Part shown: in pieces, positions 18,423 to 29,096 of the stretch | How positions within the stretch are numbered: position 1 is the first letter of the stretch | Layout: every line of letters starts with the position of its first letter | Program-made: the position numbers and the translations under genes | The notes under the pieces: model-generated | Told to the model about the DNA's origin: nothing | What the model saw: the letters and a program-made list of their open reading frames with translations, nothing else | Database searches by the model: none | Assembly: GCA_015060405.1 (NCBI GenBank) | Contig: SUYN01000015.1 | Span: 2,821 to 66,820 of the forward strand | DNA from: Bacteroidales bacterium | GTDB taxonomy: Bacteria > Bacteroidota > Bacteroidia > Bacteroidales > UBA932 | DNA: 64,000 nucleotides | Direction: 5' to 3'

Positions 18423-20063
18423 ATGAAACACAGTCTGAATGCTGTCTTGAGCGCAGCATCATCAATCTTCATCCTGCTGGGTGCGGCTTCGTGTGCATCT
18501 TCAGAGCAGGAGGTACCGGATACAGTAGGCAACCCTTATCTTCCTATGTGGGAGCACATTCCTGACGGCGAGCCTTATGTGTTCGAGGATCCTGATAATC
18601 CGGGCGAGTACAGGGTGTATGTCTACGGATCCCATGACACCATGATCACAGGCTATTGCGGACGCGAACTCGTAGTGTGGTCCGCGTCGGTGGACAATCT
18701 CAACGAATGGCGTTACGACGGCGAGATCCTCAGGGTACTGGACAATGCCGACGGTGAACCTCTCAGCAAGGAGGGGCTTTCCGATGTCCTCTACGCTCCT
18801 GATGTCACGGAAAAGATAGAACCCGACGGAAGCAGGATGTATTATCTGTATCCTAACGATATGGAATACGGAAGACGCTCCCTGATAGCGAAGAGCCCGC
18901 GTCCTGACGGACCGTTCGAGGTGTGCAACTGGAGCAAGGAGAATCCTTCGTGGACAGAAGGCATCCTCGAATTCGATCCGGGTGTATTTGTGGACGATGA
19001 CGGTAGGGTATACGGCTACTGGGGCTTTGAGTGTTCCTATGCGGCCGAGCTTGATCCTGAGACGATGTGTACCTTGAAGGAGGGCACGGAGATAGTCAAG
19101 GACATGATCTCGAGCAGCAGGTCCGACGATATATTCCGTTTCTTCGAGGCATCTTCCATACGTAAGATCGAGGATAAGTACGTCCTCGTATACAGCCGCG
19201 TGACCCACGACGGCGAATTCGGCCTTCCGTCTACCAACTATACGCTTGCATATGCCTACAGCGATGCGCCTCTCGGCCCTTGGACCTATGGAGGTACCAT
19301 CATCGACGGCCGCGCCCGCGAGATCGACGAGAACGGCAATGTGATCGCTTCTGCCACTGTGGCAGGCAACACCCACGGTGGTATATGCAGGATCAAGGAC
19401 CAGTGGTATGTGTTCTACCACAGGCAGACGGGCCTCAACGAGTATGCACGTCAGGCCATGGTAGCTCCTATAACCGTCGAGGTGGAGAAGGGGAAAGGCG
19501 GCAAGGTGAGCATTTCTGAGGGAGAGTACAATTCTGAAGGTTTCTCACTTGGAGGACTTGATCCGCTCGAAGTGCATTCGGCAGGCATAGCATGCTGGTA
19601 CACAGGACCGAAGGTCGCCATCCATGAATATCCGAACAACATCTTCTTCGGTTCATATGTGGCATCAGGCTACGGCACGGAAGACAAGTATGAGGCTCCT
19701 TATGCCATCAGGAACAACACCAATCCGGTGGTAAACAACACGGACGGTTCCATTGTGGGCTACAAATACTTCAATTTTGACAGTACCTGCGGACGCAGGA
19801 AGCTGGACCTTGTCCTTAACCTTATACCTGAAGGTGTCGACGGAACCATCACAGTCATGGCCGACCGCCCTTGGGCTTCGCAGGGCGGCATAGAGGTCGG
19901 CCGGATCGATCTCAAGGCCGATATGCCGGCCGCTCCGGTCGATGTGGCTATCGCGGTTCCGGAACTTGCAAAGATGAAGGGCAAGCATGCCATATATCTG
20001 AAGTTCAGTTCGGAAACCAAGGAGAAGTCTATATGTGTGCTTAATACGATAAAATTCAAATAA
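18423..20063 (+). CDS. GH43-family glycoside hydrolase (arabinofuranosidase/xylosidase-type) with C-terminal CBM6-like module
   Basis: 546 aa. Lipobox (LLGAASC). The N-terminal 'NPYLPMWEHIPDGEPYVFEDP...YRVYVYGSHD' is characteristic of one GH43 subgroup. The C-terminal ~130 aa beta-sandwich ('VGYKYFNFD...IYLKFSS') looks CBM6-like. Confidence 0.8.
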   Translation: MKHSLNAVLSAASSIFILLGAASCASSEQEVPDTVGNPYLPMWEHIPDGEPYVFEDPDNPGEYRVYVYGSHDTMITGYCGRELVVWSASVDNLNEWRYDGEILRVLDNADGEPLSKEGLSDVLYAPDVTEKIEPDGSRMYYLYPNDMEYGRRSLIAKSPRPDGPFEVCNWSKENPSWTEGILEFDPGVFVDDDGRVYGYWGFECSYAAELDPETMCTLKEGTEIVKDMISSSRSDDIFRFFEASSIRKIEDKYVLVYSRVTHDGEFGLPSTNYTLAYAYSDAPLGPWTYGGTIIDGRAREIDENGNVIASATVAGNTHGGICRIKDQWYVFYHRQTGLNEYARQAMVAPITVEVEKGKGGKVSISEGEYNSEGFSLGGLDPLEVHSAGIACWYTGPKVAIHEYPNNIFFGSYVASGYGTEDKYEAPYAIRNNTNPVVNNTDGSIVGYKYFNFDSTCGRRKLDLVLNLIPEGVDGTITVMADRPWASQGGIEVGRIDLKADMPAAPVDVAIAVPELAKMKGKHAIYLKFSSETKEKSICVLNTIKFK

Positions 20064-20069
20064 CACTTT

Positions 20070-22922
20070 ATGAAAACTAAACTGACCTTTTTGACACTTC
20101 TCGCTGCAATGACCCTGTGCGCATGTTCAGGCGATGTGAAGCAGAATGAAGACGGCGTGACAGTCAAGGTGCAGTCTCCTGCGGAGAACGGACCTGCTCT
20201 TGTCCGCCTTGAAGTGATGGGCGAAAAGCTCATCCATGTTTCTGCGACACCTGAAAGAAAGTTCGCTGACCCTGAAAGTCTCATCATCATCCCGTCAGAG
20301 GAGAAGACTCCGTTTACCGTTGTGAAGGACGGCGAGACAGTCACCCTGGCTACATCGGCTGTGAAGGCCAATGTAAATACGCTCACCGGTGAGGTGTGGT
20401 TCACAGACCTTGAGGGCAACATGATCCTTGCCGAGCAGAACGGCGGAGGAAAATCATTCGAGCCTATCGAAATCGAGGGCACCCACGGCTACTCTTTCCG
20501 TCAGGTGTTCGAGTCTCCTGAAGACGAGGCCTTCTACGGACTGGGACAGCATCAGGCAGATGAGTTCAACTACAAGGGCAAGAACGAGGAGCTCTTCCAG
20601 TACAACACCAAGGTTTCCGTACCTTTCATCGTGTCCAACAAGGGCTATGGAGTCCTGATGGACAGCTACTCGATGATGCGTTTCGGTAATCCGGAAGAGT
20701 ACAGACAGCTTGGTGAAGTGTTCAAGCTTTATGACAAGAACGGCAAGGAAGGCTGTCTTACAGGTACTTATGTGCCTGCGAATGGCGAGACCATCGTACG
20801 CGATGAACCGAAGATCTATTTCGAGCATCTGATCGCCCCTGAAATGGAACGCGTGGTCAACCTTCCTGAAGGCTTTGCATTCTATAATTCTAATGTGACC
20901 TACGAAGGCTCCCTGGAGGCATCCGTGACAGGTGAATATCAGTTCATCCTCTATTATGCAGGTTACACGACAGTCACCCTCGGTGGCGAGGTGGTGGTTC
21001 CTGAGCGCTGGCGTACAGCATGGAATCCTAATGCCTATAAGTTCACTGTGCATCTTGAGGCAGGAGTGAAGACTCCGATCCGCATCGACTGGGCTCCGGA
21101 CGGAGGCGTCTCATATTGCGGACTCCGCGTTTATGATGTGGTCGATCCTGTACAGCAGGCAAAGCATCAGTGGTGGAGCGAGATGACCAAGCAGATGGAC
21201 TGGTACTTCATCGCAGGTGATGATATGGACGAGGTGATCAGCGGCTACCGCACACTGACCGGCAAGGCCCCTATCATGCCTAAGTGGGCGATGGGATTCT
21301 GGCAGAGCCGTGAAAGATACAAGACCTCGACTGAAATGATAGAGGCTCTTGAGGGCTTCCGCAAGAGGAATATCCCGATCGACAACATCGTCCTTGACTG
21401 GAGCCACTGGAGGGAAGCAGAGTGGGGTAGCCATGAGTTCGACCTTGCGAGATTCCCTGATCCTAAGGCCATGGTGGATTCGATCCACAACCTCGGCGGA
21501 CGCATGATGGTGTCCGTATGGCCTAAGTTCTATGTGGAGACAGAACACTATAAGGAGTTCGACGAGAAGGGCTGGATGTACACCAAGGCATATGAGGACG
21601 GTGTGCGCGACTTCATCGCCCATGGTTATCTCTACGGTTTCTACGATGCCTATTCGGCAGATGCCCGCAAGCTCTTCTGGAACCAGATGTACGAGCACTA
21701 TTATCCGCTTGGCATAGACGCATGGTGGATGGACGCATCGGAGCCAAACGTGCGTGACTGTACTGACATGGACTACAGGAAGGCTCTTTGCGGCCCTACA
21801 GCCCTCGGATCTTCAACAGAGTTCTTCAATGCCTATGCACTCGTGAATGCGGATGCGATCTATAACGGACAGCGCGGTGTGGACAACGACAAGCGTGTCT
21901 TCCTCCTCACCCGTTCGGGCTTCGCAGGCCTCCAGAGGTATTCTACAGCGACCTGGAGCGGCGACATCGCCACCCGTTGGGAGGATATGAAGGCGCAGAT
22001 CTCTGCAGGTCTTAACTTCGCTATCAGCGGTATTCCATACTGGACTATGGATATCGGAGGATTCTGCGTCGAGAACCGTTATGTCGCAGGCCAGGAGATC
22101 TACAACCGCACAGGAAAGGAGAACGCTGACCAGAAGGAATGGCGCGAGCTCAACACCCGCTGGTTCCAGTTCGGAGCATTCTGCCCTCTCTTCCGTGCCC
22201 ACGGACAGTATCCTTTCCGCGAGCCATGGGAGATCGCACCTGAAGGACATCCTGCATATGAATCCATCGTATATTACACCAAGCTCCGCTACACCCTCAT
22301 GCCATATATATACTCTCTGGCAGGTATGACATGGTTCGAGGACTACACTATCATGCGTCCGCTTGTCATGGACTTCATGGCTGATGCCAAGGTCACCAAT
22401 ATCGGTGATACATATATGTTCGGACCTTCCTTCCTCGTTGCCCCTGTATATGAATATGGTGCACGCAAGCGTGATGTCTACTTCCCTGAATCTGCAGGCT
22501 GGTATGACTACTACACAAACAAGTTCCAGGAAGGCGGAGTCGAGAAGACCGTCGATGCACCTTACGGAAGGATGCCTCTCTATGTACGCGCAGGTTCCAT
22601 CGTTCCTTGCGGTCCTCAGATCCAGTGGTCGGATGAGAAACCGGCAGACGTGATCGACCTCTATGTATATATGGGCGCAGACGGCGGATTCACCCTCTAT
22701 GAGGACGAGAACGTGAACTACAACTATGAGAAGGGCGCATATTCAAAGATCGCCTTCTCGTATGATGAGAGGATGAAGCTCCTTTCCATCGGAGAGCGTG
22801 AAGGCGAATTCCCTGGAATGCTTCAGGAGAGGACCTTCAACATCATCCCTGTTTCAAAGAAAGGCGTAGGCAAGACACAGACAGTGGTCTACAACGGCCT
22901 TTCGATGAAGGTTGTCCTCTAG
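20070..22922 (+). CDS. GH31 alpha-xylosidase-type glycoside hydrolase with PA14 insertion
   Basis: 950 aa. Lipobox (TLCAC). GH31 core motifs are present ('KAPIMPKWAMGFWQSRERY', nucleophile region 'GIDAWWMDASEPN', 'WSGDI', 'FGAFCPLFRAHG'). A PA14-like insert ('GTYVPANGETIVRDEP...VTGEYQFILYYAGYTTVTLGGEVVV') matches the architecture of characterised xyloglucan alpha-xylosidases. Confidence 0.85.
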   Translation: MKTKLTFLTLLAAMTLCACSGDVKQNEDGVTVKVQSPAENGPALVRLEVMGEKLIHVSATPERKFADPESLIIIPSEEKTPFTVVKDGETVTLATSAVKANVNTLTGEVWFTDLEGNMILAEQNGGGKSFEPIEIEGTHGYSFRQVFESPEDEAFYGLGQHQADEFNYKGKNEELFQYNTKVSVPFIVSNKGYGVLMDSYSMMRFGNPEEYRQLGEVFKLYDKNGKEGCLTGTYVPANGETIVRDEPKIYFEHLIAPEMERVVNLPEGFAFYNSNVTYEGSLEASVTGEYQFILYYAGYTTVTLGGEVVVPERWRTAWNPNAYKFTVHLEAGVKTPIRIDWAPDGGVSYCGLRVYDVVDPVQQAKHQWWSEMTKQMDWYFIAGDDMDEVISGYRTLTGKAPIMPKWAMGFWQSRERYKTSTEMIEALEGFRKRNIPIDNIVLDWSHWREAEWGSHEFDLARFPDPKAMVDSIHNLGGRMMVSVWPKFYVETEHYKEFDEKGWMYTKAYEDGVRDFIAHGYLYGFYDAYSADARKLFWNQMYEHYYPLGIDAWWMDASEPNVRDCTDMDYRKALCGPTALGSSTEFFNAYALVNADAIYNGQRGVDNDKRVFLLTRSGFAGLQRYSTATWSGDIATRWEDMKAQISAGLNFAISGIPYWTMDIGGFCVENRYVAGQEIYNRTGKENADQKEWRELNTRWFQFGAFCPLFRAHGQYPFREPWEIAPEGHPAYESIVYYTKLRYTLMPYIYSLAGMTWFEDYTIMRPLVMDFMADAKVTNIGDTYMFGPSFLVAPVYEYGARKRDVYFPESAGWYDYYTNKFQEGGVEKTVDAPYGRMPLYVRAGSIVPCGPQIQWSDEKPADVIDLYVYMGADGGFTLYEDENVNYNYEKGAYSKIAFSYDERMKLLSIGEREGEFPGMLQERTFNIIPVSKKGVGKTQTVVYNGLSMKVVL

Positions 22923-22923
22923 T

Positions 22924-24153
22924 ATGGAAAAGACCTGGAGGTGGTTCGGAAAGAATGATAAGATCACTCTTTCCATGTTGAGGCAGATAGGCGTGGAGGG
23001 CATTGTGACTGCCCTTCACGACGTGCCCAACGGCGAGGTGTGGCCACGTGAGAAGATCCGTGACCTGCGTGAGTACATCGAAGGCTTCGGCATGCGCTGG
23101 TCAGTCGTGGAAAGTCTCCCGGTGAGCGAGAGCATAAAGTATGGCGGTCCTGACCGTGATGCGCTCATAGACAACTATAAGCAGAGTCTCCGCAACCTTT
23201 CGGCAGAAGGCGTGCATACGATATGCTACAACTTCATGCCTGTCCTTGACTGGGCACGTACAGATCTGAATCACCCGAATCCCAACGGTACTTCAAACCT
23301 GTATTTTTCCTACAGCGAATTCGCCTACTTTGACATATATATAGTAGGACGCGAAGGAGCGCGTGAGGAATGGGCGGCCTTCAAGGTGCCAGGAATCGAC
23401 ACGGACAGGGACATCCTTGCCGAGGTCGAGGCTCTCCGCTCCAAGATGACTCCAGAAGGGGAGCACAGGCTCGTAGAGAACATCATCGTCAAGACCCAGG
23501 GATTCGTCAGCGGAAACATCCGTGAAGATGACGAGCATCCGGTCGAGCTGTTCCGTCAGCTCCTGTCGCTGTACGACGGGATCACCAGGGAGCGTCTGAG
23601 GGAGAACATGAAATATTTCCTTTCTGCGATAATGCCGGTCTGCGAGGAATGTGGCATGAACATGTGCGTGCATCCCGACGACCCGCCTTTCCCTGTCCTC
23701 GGACTTCCGCGCATCGTGACCTCGGATGAAGATATCGAGTGGTTTCTCGGAGCAGTGGACAACCCTCATAACGGACTTACCTTCTGTGCCGGCTCCCTTT
23801 CTGCCGGTGCGCATAACGACGTGACCGCTATGGCAAGGAAATATGCCTCAAGGACACATTTCGTACACCTCAGGTCATGCCACATATTCCCGAACGGAGA
23901 CTTTACGGAGGCCAGCCATCTGGGCGGACGTGCCGACATCGTGGAGCTTGTACGCATCTTCGAAAAGGAGAATCCGGAGCTTCCGATGCGCGTGGACCAT
24001 GGAATGACCATGCTTGACGATGCCTCCAAGGGCTACAATGCCGGCTATTCCTTCCTCGGGAGAATGTTCGCGATGGGCCAGGTCCAGGGGATAATGGCGG
24101 CTGCAGACAAGGAATTAGGAATCAGATATAAGATAACAGGATTCTATGAGTAA
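22924..24153 (+). CDS. uxuA: Mannonate dehydratase
   Basis: The N-terminus 'MEKTWRWFGKNDKITL' is the typical UxuA start. The ATG at 22924 lies 1 nt after the GH31 stop; the track start at 22912 is a TTG inside the GH31 gene. Length (~409 aa) fits. Confidence 0.9.
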   Translation: MEKTWRWFGKNDKITLSMLRQIGVEGIVTALHDVPNGEVWPREKIRDLREYIEGFGMRWSVVESLPVSESIKYGGPDRDALIDNYKQSLRNLSAEGVHTICYNFMPVLDWARTDLNHPNPNGTSNLYFSYSEFAYFDIYIVGREGAREEWAAFKVPGIDTDRDILAEVEALRSKMTPEGEHRLVENIIVKTQGFVSGNIREDDEHPVELFRQLLSLYDGITRERLRENMKYFLSAIMPVCEECGMNMCVHPDDPPFPVLGLPRIVTSDEDIEWFLGAVDNPHNGLTFCAGSLSAGAHNDVTAMARKYASRTHFVHLRSCHIFPNGDFTEASHLGGRADIVELVRIFEKENPELPMRVDHGMTMLDDASKGYNAGYSFLGRMFAMGQVQGIMAAADKELGIRYKITGFYE

Positions 24154-24958
24154 GCTTTTTGACATCACCGGAAACGTGACGGTAATCACCGGAGGCACAG
24201 GCGTTCTGGGACGTACCATAGCAAAGTATCTTGCCCTTGAGGGCGCAAAGGTCATCATTCTCGGGCGCAAGGAGGATGTGGGCCGTAGTATAGCGGAAGA
24301 CATCTGCGCTGCAGGTGGCTCCTGTGAATTCATGAAGACGGATGTGATGGATCCAGCAGTCGTAAGGAAGAACTGCGAAGACATCCTGGAGCGTTACGGA
24401 CGCATCGACACTCTTCTCAATGCCGCAGGCGGCAATATGCCTGGTGCTACAATTCCTCCTGACAAGACCTTCTTCGATCTTCAGGTGGACCAGTTCCAGA
24501 CGGTGCTGAATCTCAACCTGACAGGAACGGTCATCCCGACACAGGTGTTTCTTGAGCCTATGGTGCGTCAGGGCAAGGGGGCGATAATCAATTTCTCGTC
24601 AATGGCGGCCTTCCGTCCGATGACCCGTGTGGCAGGCTATGCTGCAGCAAAGGCCGGCATATCCAATTTCACAGCCTTTATGGCTACAGAGTGCGCGAAG
24701 AAGTTCGGTGAGGGCATCCGTGTCAATGCGATAGCTCCGGGATTCTTCATTACGGAGCAGAACCGCACCCTTCTGACCAATCCTGACGGTACATACACCC
24801 AGCGTGGCCAGGATGTCATCCGTCAGACGCCGTTCGGCAGGATGGGTGATCCGGAAGAGCTCTGCGGTACAATACATTATCTGATGTCAGACGCTTCAAG
24901 ATTCGTCACCGGAACTGTGGCAGTCGTGGACGGAGGATTCAATGCATTTGCGATGTAA
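24146..24958 (+). CDS. SDR-family oxidoreductase, probable D-mannonate/fructuronate oxidoreductase
   Basis: 270 aa. Rossmann motif 'TGGTGVLG', 'NAAG', and catalytic 'YAAAKAG' (YxxxK). Overlaps uxuA by 8 nt, the usual position of the Bacteroides short-chain UxuB. Confidence 0.75.
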   Translation: MSKLFDITGNVTVITGGTGVLGRTIAKYLALEGAKVIILGRKEDVGRSIAEDICAAGGSCEFMKTDVMDPAVVRKNCEDILERYGRIDTLLNAAGGNMPGATIPPDKTFFDLQVDQFQTVLNLNLTGTVIPTQVFLEPMVRQGKGAIINFSSMAAFRPMTRVAGYAAAKAGISNFTAFMATECAKKFGEGIRVNAIAPGFFITEQNRTLLTNPDGTYTQRGQDVIRQTPFGRMGDPEELCGTIHYLMSDASRFVTGTVAVVDGGFNAFAM

Positions 24959-24963
24959 CCCCT

Positions 24964-27495
24964 ATGAAGAAGATATTTTTCTCTGTCATTGCCCTGGCTG
25001 CCCTCTTCTGCGGATGCGGAAAGACCGACCAGGTACGCGTGAAGGCGGATTTCAACGACGGCTGGCGTTTCCATCTCGGAGAAGCGGCCGGTGCTGCCTT
25101 CAATGACTATGACGATTCTTCATGGCGTGAGCTGGAACTTCCTCACGACTGGGCCATTGAAGGCGATTTCAGCATAGATAATCCTTCAGGCACCGGTGGC
25201 GGCGCTCTTCCGGGAGGAATCGGCTGGTACAGAAAGACCTTCGTGCCGTCATCGGCAGAAGCCGGCAAGCTCTGGAGACTCGAATTCGATGGTGTGTATA
25301 TGAATGCCGAGGTCTTCGTCAACGGCGAATCTCTCGGTGTACGTCCCTATGGATACATATCTTTCGGCTATGACATATCACATCTTCTCAGATGGGATGA
25401 GGAGAATGTCGTGGCTGTGCGTGTCGACAATGCGGAGCAGCCGAACTCCCGCTGGTATTCCGGCTGCGGAATCTACCGCAATGTATGGATGGTGAAGACA
25501 GGAAAGGTACGTGTCGCACCATATGGCATCTGCGTCGTGCCACGTATGACATATCTTCCCGAACCGGGAGAAGAAGGTCCTGGAAAGCTGCATGAGGGAT
25601 TCTTCTTCGTGCAGACTGATGTCCTTTGCGAGGAGGATGACCGCTCTGAGATCGTATTGAGACAGATTGTACTTGATGCTGACGGAAAGGAGGCTGGCAG
25701 GGTGGAAGATGTCTTTGCAATCTCAGGATTGAAGGATCAGGAGCAGGTGGTGAGGATTTCCAGGCCTCATCTCTGGGATGTCGATGATCCATATCTCTAC
25801 ACCCTGGTGACCGAAGTCTCAGGACTTGACGGCGAACTTCTGGACAGGGTCGAGACGAAGACCGGACTGAGACACTTCTTCTTCAGTCCGGAAAATGGTT
25901 TCTCATTGAATGACAAGCCGTTGAAGATCAACGGTGTGTGCATGCATCATGACCTCGGATGTCTGGGTGCTGCAGTCAACAGGAACGCCATCAGACGCCA
26001 GCTCGAGATCCTGAAGGGAATGGGCTGCAATGCGATAAGGACCTCACACAATCCTCCTGCACCTGAGCTTCTGGACCTGTGTGACGAGATGGGCTTCATC
26101 GTCCAGGACGAGGCCTTCGACATGTGGAGGAAGAAGAAGACCGCCCATGACTATTCGAGGTATTTCAACGAGTGGCACGAGCGTGATCTCCGCGACTTCA
26201 TACTTCGCGACCGCAACCACCCTTCAGTGATGATGTGGAGCATAGGAAACGAAGTGCTTGAGCAGTGGTCTCATGCTGATGCCGACACGCTCAGCCTTGC
26301 CGAGGCCAACCTTCTTCTGAATTTCGGCCACTCAGCCGACATGCTTGCTTCAGAGGACGGGGAGATGAGCGTGAATTCTCTGCTGACAAAGAAGCTTGCA
26401 GATATGGTCCGCTCCCTGGATCCTGCCAGACCGGTGACAGCCGGCTGCAACGAGCCTTCGCCCGGCAACCACCTCTTCCGCAGCGGTGCACTTGACATCA
26501 TAGGATATAATTATCACAATCAGAACATAGCATCCGTGCCGGAGAACTTCCCTGGCAAACCTTTCATAATCACGGAGAGCAATTCTGCCCTGATGACCCG
26601 CGGCTACTACCGCATGCCGAGCGATCAGATGTTCATCTGGCCGGCACGCTGGGACATCCCGTTCTACGACGAATCATTCTCATGCTCTTCCTATGAGAAC
26701 TGCCATGTGCCTTGGGGCAACACCCATGAGGAGACCCTGAAGCTTGTGCGCGACAACGATTTCGTCAGCGGACAGTTCATCTGGACGGGCTTTGACTATA
26801 TAGGTGAGCCTACACCTTACGGCTGGCCTGCACGAAGCTCTTTCTTCGGTGTAGTCGACCTAGCCGGATTCCCGAAGGATGTATATCACCTCTACAGGTC
26901 GCAGTGGACAGACGAGACCGTACTCCATCTCTTCCCGCACTGGAACTGGACAGAAGGTCAGGAAATCGACATGTGGTGCTACTACAACAATGCAGACGAA
27001 GTGGAACTCTTCGTCAACGGCCGTTCTCAGGGAGTAAGGTCGAAGACTGATGACTGCCTGCATACGGTATGGCGTACGGTTTTCGAGCCTGGCTGTGTCG
27101 AGGTAGTTGCCCGCAGGGACGGAGCCGAAGTGGGCCGTAAATCCATACGGACCGCCGGCGAGCCTGCGCAGATAAGGCTGACTGCCGACAAGTACGGCGA
27201 GGGTGTCGCTGACGATGCTCTTGCCTTCGTGACCGTCGAGATCCTCGATGCGGAAGGAAACCTCTGCCCGTGGGCAGACAACCTTGTCCACTTCGAGGTC
27301 ACTTCCGGAGCATCCATAGCCGGAACAGACAACGGCAATCCTGTGTCAATGGAGCGTTTCAAGGACAACAGACGCAAGGCCTTCAACGGAAAGTGCCTTG
27401 TGGTGCTGGAAGCGCTTGAAAAGGGCAGGACCACGCTTACGGCGACATCGGAAGGCATTACAAAATCGACAGTTTCTATCGAATTTGAAAGATAG
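24964..27495 (+). CDS. GH2-family beta-galactosidase-type glycoside hydrolase
   Basis: 843 aa. Lipobox (LFCGC). GH2 sugar-binding domain ('DFNDGWRFHLGE', 'LPHDWAIEG', 'VYMNAEVFVNG'). TIM-barrel motifs 'NAIRTSHNPPAPELLDLCDEMGFIV' and 'WSIGNEV' (acid/base Glu). Confidence 0.88.
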   Translation: MKKIFFSVIALAALFCGCGKTDQVRVKADFNDGWRFHLGEAAGAAFNDYDDSSWRELELPHDWAIEGDFSIDNPSGTGGGALPGGIGWYRKTFVPSSAEAGKLWRLEFDGVYMNAEVFVNGESLGVRPYGYISFGYDISHLLRWDEENVVAVRVDNAEQPNSRWYSGCGIYRNVWMVKTGKVRVAPYGICVVPRMTYLPEPGEEGPGKLHEGFFFVQTDVLCEEDDRSEIVLRQIVLDADGKEAGRVEDVFAISGLKDQEQVVRISRPHLWDVDDPYLYTLVTEVSGLDGELLDRVETKTGLRHFFFSPENGFSLNDKPLKINGVCMHHDLGCLGAAVNRNAIRRQLEILKGMGCNAIRTSHNPPAPELLDLCDEMGFIVQDEAFDMWRKKKTAHDYSRYFNEWHERDLRDFILRDRNHPSVMMWSIGNEVLEQWSHADADTLSLAEANLLLNFGHSADMLASEDGEMSVNSLLTKKLADMVRSLDPARPVTAGCNEPSPGNHLFRSGALDIIGYNYHNQNIASVPENFPGKPFIITESNSALMTRGYYRMPSDQMFIWPARWDIPFYDESFSCSSYENCHVPWGNTHEETLKLVRDNDFVSGQFIWTGFDYIGEPTPYGWPARSSFFGVVDLAGFPKDVYHLYRSQWTDETVLHLFPHWNWTEGQEIDMWCYYNNADEVELFVNGRSQGVRSKTDDCLHTVWRTVFEPGCVEVVARRDGAEVGRKSIRTAGEPAQIRLTADKYGEGVADDALAFVTVEILDAEGNLCPWADNLVHFEVTSGASIAGTDNGNPVSMERFKDNRRKAFNGKCLVVLEALEKGRTTLTATSEGITKSTVSIEFER

Positions 27496-27563
27496 TCTGT
27501 CATAAATGTAACAGATGACTTTCTGCGATATTTCTGCCGATGTAATTAATCAAGGATATATTT

Positions 27564-27571
27564 TATATTTG
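27564..27571 (+). promoter_or_regulatory. Candidate Bacteroides-type -7 box (TATATTTG) upstream of xylB
   Basis: Exact TAnnTTTG match 27 nt upstream of the xylB ATG, in a 102-nt AT-rich gap. Confidence 0.3.
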
Positions 27572-27597
27572 TATCTATAAAGCTAATTGAAAGAAAT

Positions 27598-29064
27598 ATG
27601 TACTTACTTGGTTACGATATCGGAAGTTCGTCAGTAAAGGCGAGCCTCGTCGATGCCCAGAGCGGCAGATGTGTAGCTTCGGCCTTCTATCCTAAGTCAG
27701 AGGCTGCGATCCTCGCAGTGAAACCGGGCTGGGCCGAGCAGGAACCGGCTTCGTGGTGGGAGAACCTGAAGCTTGCCACTTCAGACATATTGGCATCCTC
27801 TTCAGTCTGTCCGAATGACATCAAGGCTATAGGAATATCATATCAGATGCACGGCCTGGTGTGTGTTGACAAGGATATGAATCCTCTCCGTCCGTCCATC
27901 ATCTGGTGCGATTCCAGGGCGGTGCCTTACGGCCAGAAGGCATTTGACGAGATCGGACATGAGAAATGTCTGTCACACCTTCTCAACTCGCCGGGCAACT
28001 TCACAGCATCCAAGCTGGCATGGGTGAAGGAGAACGAGCCTGAGCTTTATTCGAAGATATATAAGATCATGCTCCCGGGAGACTACATCGCCATGAAGCT
28101 TACAGGTGAGATATGCACAACGATATCAGGCCTTTCCGAGGGAATGATGTGGGACTTCTCCGAGGGAAGGACAGCAGCCATGCTTCTCGATTACTACGGC
28201 ATAGATGAGGCTCTCATACCAGAGATCCGTCCTACATTCGCCGAGCAGGGCAGGGTGAGTGCTTCCGCTGCTGCGGAGCTTGGACTCGCAGAAGGCATCC
28301 CAGTGACCTACCGTGCAGGTGACCAGCCTAACAATGCATTGTCACTCAATGTGTTCAACCCTGGTGAGATCGCTTCTACAGCAGGCACTTCAGGCGTGGT
28401 GTACGGAGTACTCGGCGAGGTGAACTACGACCCTAAATCACGTGTCAACACATTTGCGCATGTGAACCATACCCCTGATCAGACTCGTCTGGGTGTTCTC
28501 CTCTGCATCAACGGAACGGGCATCCTGAACTCATGGATGAAGAGGAATGTCGCTCCTGAAGGCATCTCGTATGCGGAGATGAATGATCTTGCGGCTACCG
28601 CCCCTATCGGAAGCGCAGGAGTGAGCATCCTGCCTTTCGGAAACGGAGCGGAGCGAATGTTGGAGAATCAGGAGGTGGGAAGTTCCATCCATGGTGTGAA
28701 CTTCAACATCCACTCGAAGGCACACCTTCTCCGTGCGGCACAGGAAGGTATTGTTTTCTCGTTCAAGTACGGTGTGGACATCATGGAAGATATGGGAATG
28801 TCTGTCAGGAAGATCCATGCGGGCCACGCCAACATGTTCCTGAGCCCGATTTTCCGTCAGACCCTCTCCGGCGTTACCGGAGCTGTCATCGAACTTTATG
28901 ACACTGACGGTTCGGTCGGAGCTGCCAAGGGCGCAGGAATCGGAGCTGGCATATACAAGGACAACAACGAAGCCTTCGCAACCCTCGAAAAGCTTGCGGT
29001 CATCGAGCCGCAGTGCCAGGAGCAGTATGCAGAGGCATACGAACTTTGGAAATCACGTCTATAA
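27598..29064 (+). CDS. xylB: Xylulokinase (FGGY carbohydrate kinase)
   Basis: 488 aa. FGGY N-terminus 'LLGYDIGSSSVKASL' and 'MHGLVCVD...LRPSIIWCDSR'. Immediately upstream of xylA. Confidence 0.88.
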   Translation: MYLLGYDIGSSSVKASLVDAQSGRCVASAFYPKSEAAILAVKPGWAEQEPASWWENLKLATSDILASSSVCPNDIKAIGISYQMHGLVCVDKDMNPLRPSIIWCDSRAVPYGQKAFDEIGHEKCLSHLLNSPGNFTASKLAWVKENEPELYSKIYKIMLPGDYIAMKLTGEICTTISGLSEGMMWDFSEGRTAAMLLDYYGIDEALIPEIRPTFAEQGRVSASAAAELGLAEGIPVTYRAGDQPNNALSLNVFNPGEIASTAGTSGVVYGVLGEVNYDPKSRVNTFAHVNHTPDQTRLGVLLCINGTGILNSWMKRNVAPEGISYAEMNDLAATAPIGSAGVSILPFGNGAERMLENQEVGSSIHGVNFNIHSKAHLLRAAQEGIVFSFKYGVDIMEDMGMSVRKIHAGHANMFLSPIFRQTLSGVTGAVIELYDTDGSVGAAKGAGIGAGIYKDNNEAFATLEKLAVIEPQCQEQYAEAYELWKSRL

Positions 29065-29096
29065 TCAATAATCAATAAAGCAAAATACTAATCACT

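Noticed and set aside
22912-22923. Upstream-extended starts given by the ORF track: 22912 for uxuA, 8567 for the TlpA-like gene, 13189 for the large lipoprotein, 17771 for the nuclease
   Set aside because: The extensions begin at non-ATG codons or overlap the preceding gene. They add residues ahead of a canonical N-terminus (MEKTWRWFG) or signal peptide. The downstream ATGs (22924, 8570, 13216, 17744) fit better.
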